This document shows, in pieces, positions 35,147 through 37,214 of a stretch of 37,214 bases of DNA. Within the stretch, counting starts at the first letter, position 1. Each line of letters starts with the position of its first letter. Under the pieces are notes generated by a model. It was not told where the DNA came from and did no database searches. It was given only the letters and a program-made list of their open reading frames with translations. The translations under genes were made by a program, and so were the position numbers. The stretch is from a bacterium (GTDB lineage: Bacteria; UBP15; UBA6099; JAJRTR01), in contig JAJRTR010000133.1 of assembly GCA_024278215.1 (NCBI GenBank), positions 1 through 37,214 of the forward strand, given 5' to 3'.

Positions 35147-35902
35147 GTGAAAAGGCACAAAGGGTTTTTATTGAGTGGCCCGGTAAAACACATAGAGATA
35201 TTCGGACACAGGGGCGCGCCGACAGAAGCGCCGGAGAATACGATGTCGTCGTTTCAGCGTGCGTTCGAGGCGGGCGCGGGCGCTGTCGAGCTGGACCTGC
35301 GCCGCACGCTCGACGGCCGGGTGGTGGTCTTCCACGATAAAAAACTCGACCGGACGACAAACGGTCGCGGTCGGGTGGATTCATTATCTGAGGATGAACT
35401 TCTGGAGCTCGACGCCGGCGCGTGGTTCGGGCCGAAGTTCGCGGGCGAAAAGATACCTGTGCTGGACGAAGTGCTGAAGTGGGCGGCTGAGACGGGTGTC
35501 CGCCTCGATCTTGAACTTAAAGACGATGAGATCGAGGAGTTTGTCGTCAGGCGGATCAAGGCGCATGAGATCGAGGACAGTGTTGTGCTCAGTTCATGGA
35601 GCGTGAAGAATCTTCTCGCGGCTCGCGGATACGATCCGAAGGTGAGAATCGCACCGATATTGGTTGCCGGTCTGCACTTGCGGAAACATGTTGAAGAGAT
35701 CAAACCGGAATTTGTTTTGTTGTGGTCGGGGCCTGCGCTCACTGCCGGGATCGTCGAAAAAGCCGAAAAACTGGGTGTGCCGGTGGTCGCGTGGCTGGTG
35801 AATTCGGAGCCGTTGTTCAAGAAAGTCAAGGGACGCGGTGTCGCCGGTGTGATAACAGACGAAACCGCGCTTATATGCGGTGCCGCGGAGCGAAAGTCAT
35901 GA
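35147..35902 (+). CDS. Glycerophosphodiester phosphodiesterase (GDPD/UgpQ-like), cytoplasmic
   Basis: GHRGA...APENT, VELDLR.T.DG..VVFHD..LDRTTNG, LDAG.WF, IP.LDEV, LELK, W.VN and GVITD. The start is uncertain. Confidence 0.92.
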   Translation: MKRHKGFLLSGPVKHIEIFGHRGAPTEAPENTMSSFQRAFEAGAGAVELDLRRTLDGRVVVFHDKKLDRTTNGRGRVDSLSEDELLELDAGAWFGPKFAGEKIPVLDEVLKWAAETGVRLDLELKDDEIEEFVVRRIKAHEIEDSVVLSSWSVKNLLAARGYDPKVRIAPILVAGLHLRKHVEEIKPEFVLLWSGPALTAGIVEKAEKLGVPVVAWLVNSEPLFKKVKGRGVAGVITDETALICGAAERKS

Positions 35903-35981
35903 TAGTCGACGGGGTGTGGCCGTCGGTTTTATGCACATCTTTTGTGGCGGGCCGATTACATAAATCTGTACAGGGACGTAG

Positions 35982-36890
35982 ATGATGAAAACAGTGATTT
36001 TTTTCGTACTTGCGCAGCTTGTGCTGTGTTTTATGATGTTGACACAGAGTCCGTGCGAGGCGAAAGGTGCTGTCGACCGGCTGAGCGATAATCTCGTTGC
36101 GGGCATCTCCAGCGAAGACTACTTTCTCGGACGCGAGCCCGAGAACTTCGATTATGAAATCAACAAAAGAATGTTCTGGATCGGCGGAAAAAACGGCACA
36201 CGTTTTTTTTCGTCCAGGACGGAAACCGGGATCGTGAAAGATGCGTCGATAAAAAAGTTTGCAACCACGATACGAATGGACGAGTATGGACTGAAGGCCG
36301 GCTGGCGGCTCGGCGCAATGAATAACCAGAGCTTCGCTGTCGGATACGGCAGAAAGGATATCGACCCCAGCGATTATATCGAGTATTCATACAGCGATTA
36401 TTGCAAGGCTAATCACGCGGGGGGGCCTTGCGCTTCTCCGCTAGGTCTCTCCGGCATTCATTCCAACCCGGTTTACTTCGATTACCTGTATGACATGCGC
36501 GGACTGTGGCATGTCAGCCTGTCGTACATTCACGAAAAAATACATCTCGAAACGAATGCCGGACTATCGGTTGCCGCCGATGTGTTTACATTGTCAGGAG
36601 GCAGGGAATGGACACGGTTTGCGCTGGACTTTTCTCTTACAAAACAGGTTTCCGACCTCGCGCCGGATAACACGAATCTTGAAATGAAACTTGCGTATGA
36701 GCCTGTGCGGCACATCGAGATCAGTCTTCTCGCCGGTGCATATTTCAACGGGCTGCCGGCAGGCGGGCGCTCTTTCAGCGACCTCGGCGAGCGGTTCGTT
36801 TTCAATTATCTGGCAGGCGACAGCGGTTTCGATAAGCTGTATTCGGAAAAGTTCGGTTACTTTGCGCTCGGAGTGACTCTTTCGCTTTGA
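35982..36890 (+). CDS. Hypothetical exported protein, probable outer-membrane beta-barrel
   Basis: Signal peptide, alternating hydrophobic/polar strands (LKAGWRL, FAVGYG, VSLSY, MKLAYEP) and a C-terminal YFALGVTLSL. Confidence 0.65.
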   Translation: MMKTVIFFVLAQLVLCFMMLTQSPCEAKGAVDRLSDNLVAGISSEDYFLGREPENFDYEINKRMFWIGGKNGTRFFSSRTETGIVKDASIKKFATTIRMDEYGLKAGWRLGAMNNQSFAVGYGRKDIDPSDYIEYSYSDYCKANHAGGPCASPLGLSGIHSNPVYFDYLYDMRGLWHVSLSYIHEKIHLETNAGLSVAADVFTLSGGREWTRFALDFSLTKQVSDLAPDNTNLEMKLAYEPVRHIEISLLAGAYFNGLPAGGRSFSDLGERFVFNYLAGDSGFDKLYSEKFGYFALGVTLSL

Positions 36891-36905
36891 TCCGGGCTGT
36901 TGCCT

Positions 36906-37080
36906 GTGCTCAAACGAAAACGGTTTGAGCACGGCGCGCGCTCTATGGTTTTATCAGTACGATCTACAGTTTTATCAGTACTGATGTTCGTGCCCAAACG
37001 AAAACGGTTTGAGCACGGCACACGCTCTATGGTTTGAGCACGGCACGCGCTCTATGGTTTGATCACGGCGCGCATGGTTT
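36906..37080. repeat. Composite tandem repeat (25-bp unit, hairpins)
   Basis: GGTTTGAGCACGGCRCRCGCTCTAT at 36922, 37006 and 37031, degenerate at 37056. The hairpin GTGC(T/C)CAAAC-GAAAACG-GTTTGAGCAC occurs twice, and GTTTTATCAGTAC twice. Confidence 0.8.
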
Positions 37081-37116
37081 ATCTCAACTCCGGATTGAGA
37101 TCCGAGGAATCATTAT

Positions 37117-37139
37117 CCCGCATATTCCACCAATGCGGG
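37117..37139 (+). repeat. Family C hairpin repeat, copy 4
   Basis: CCCGCATATTCCACCAATGCGGG. Confidence 0.7.
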
Positions 37140-37158
37140 CTGAAAAATTAAATAAAAC

Positions 37159-37214
37159 GAGCCAATTGCAAAATTATGTTCGTAGCGAGGTCGAGCGAAA
37201 TTGTTCAGAGCAAG
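37159..37214 (+). mobile_element. MITE family A copy 6, cut by the window edge
   Basis: GAGCCAATTGCAAAATTATGTTCGTAGCGAGGTCGAGCGAAATTGTTCAGAGCAAG matches the left end of copies 1 and 5. Confidence 0.88.

Noticed and set aside
36922-37080. Possible CRISPR array
   Set aside because: The 25-bp units abut each other without unique spacers of regular length, and there are no cas genes.

Overview
This is a chromosomal window from a diderm bacterium (lptF/G and lptD present), probably an anaerobe (glycyl-radical activating enzyme, EtfBA). The left 6.3 kb is the N-terminal part of a giant secreted repeat protein (>2100 aa, minus strand, no stop in the window, so it is missing from the ORF track). It is built from about 16 FN3-like modules and three 4-Cys modules. 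The rest holds a carboxylesterase-GDPD pair, etfBA, an EamA/ArnE-ArnF-like pair, tRNA-Leu(CAG), lptF/G-lptD-lipoprotein, a cold-shock protein, a solitary glycyl-radical activase, an ABC-2 type transporter whose second permease has a large insertion, fmt-rsmB, an AroC-like protein with substituted active-site motifs and a ~65-aa insertion, a metallophosphoesterase, an acidic hypothetical protein, a BtuF-like binding protein behind a structured riboswitch-like leader, queC, an amidohydrolase, IS remnants, a second GDPD and a probable outer-membrane protein. The intergenic space is unusually rich in small non-autonomous elements: a 178-bp fold-back MITE (6 copies plus a 39-bp mini copy, 4-bp target duplications in 4 of 5 complete copies), a ~190-bp TIR element carrying a REP pair (3 copies), a 23-bp hairpin (4 copies, two bracketing the aroC-like gene), an IS200/IS605-like end pair and a 25-bp tandem repeat. 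The best candidates for something new are the non-canonical AroC-like enzyme, the orphan riboswitch-like leader, the giant modular surface protein and the MITE families. All family assignments come from motif recognition by eye; no database searches were run.
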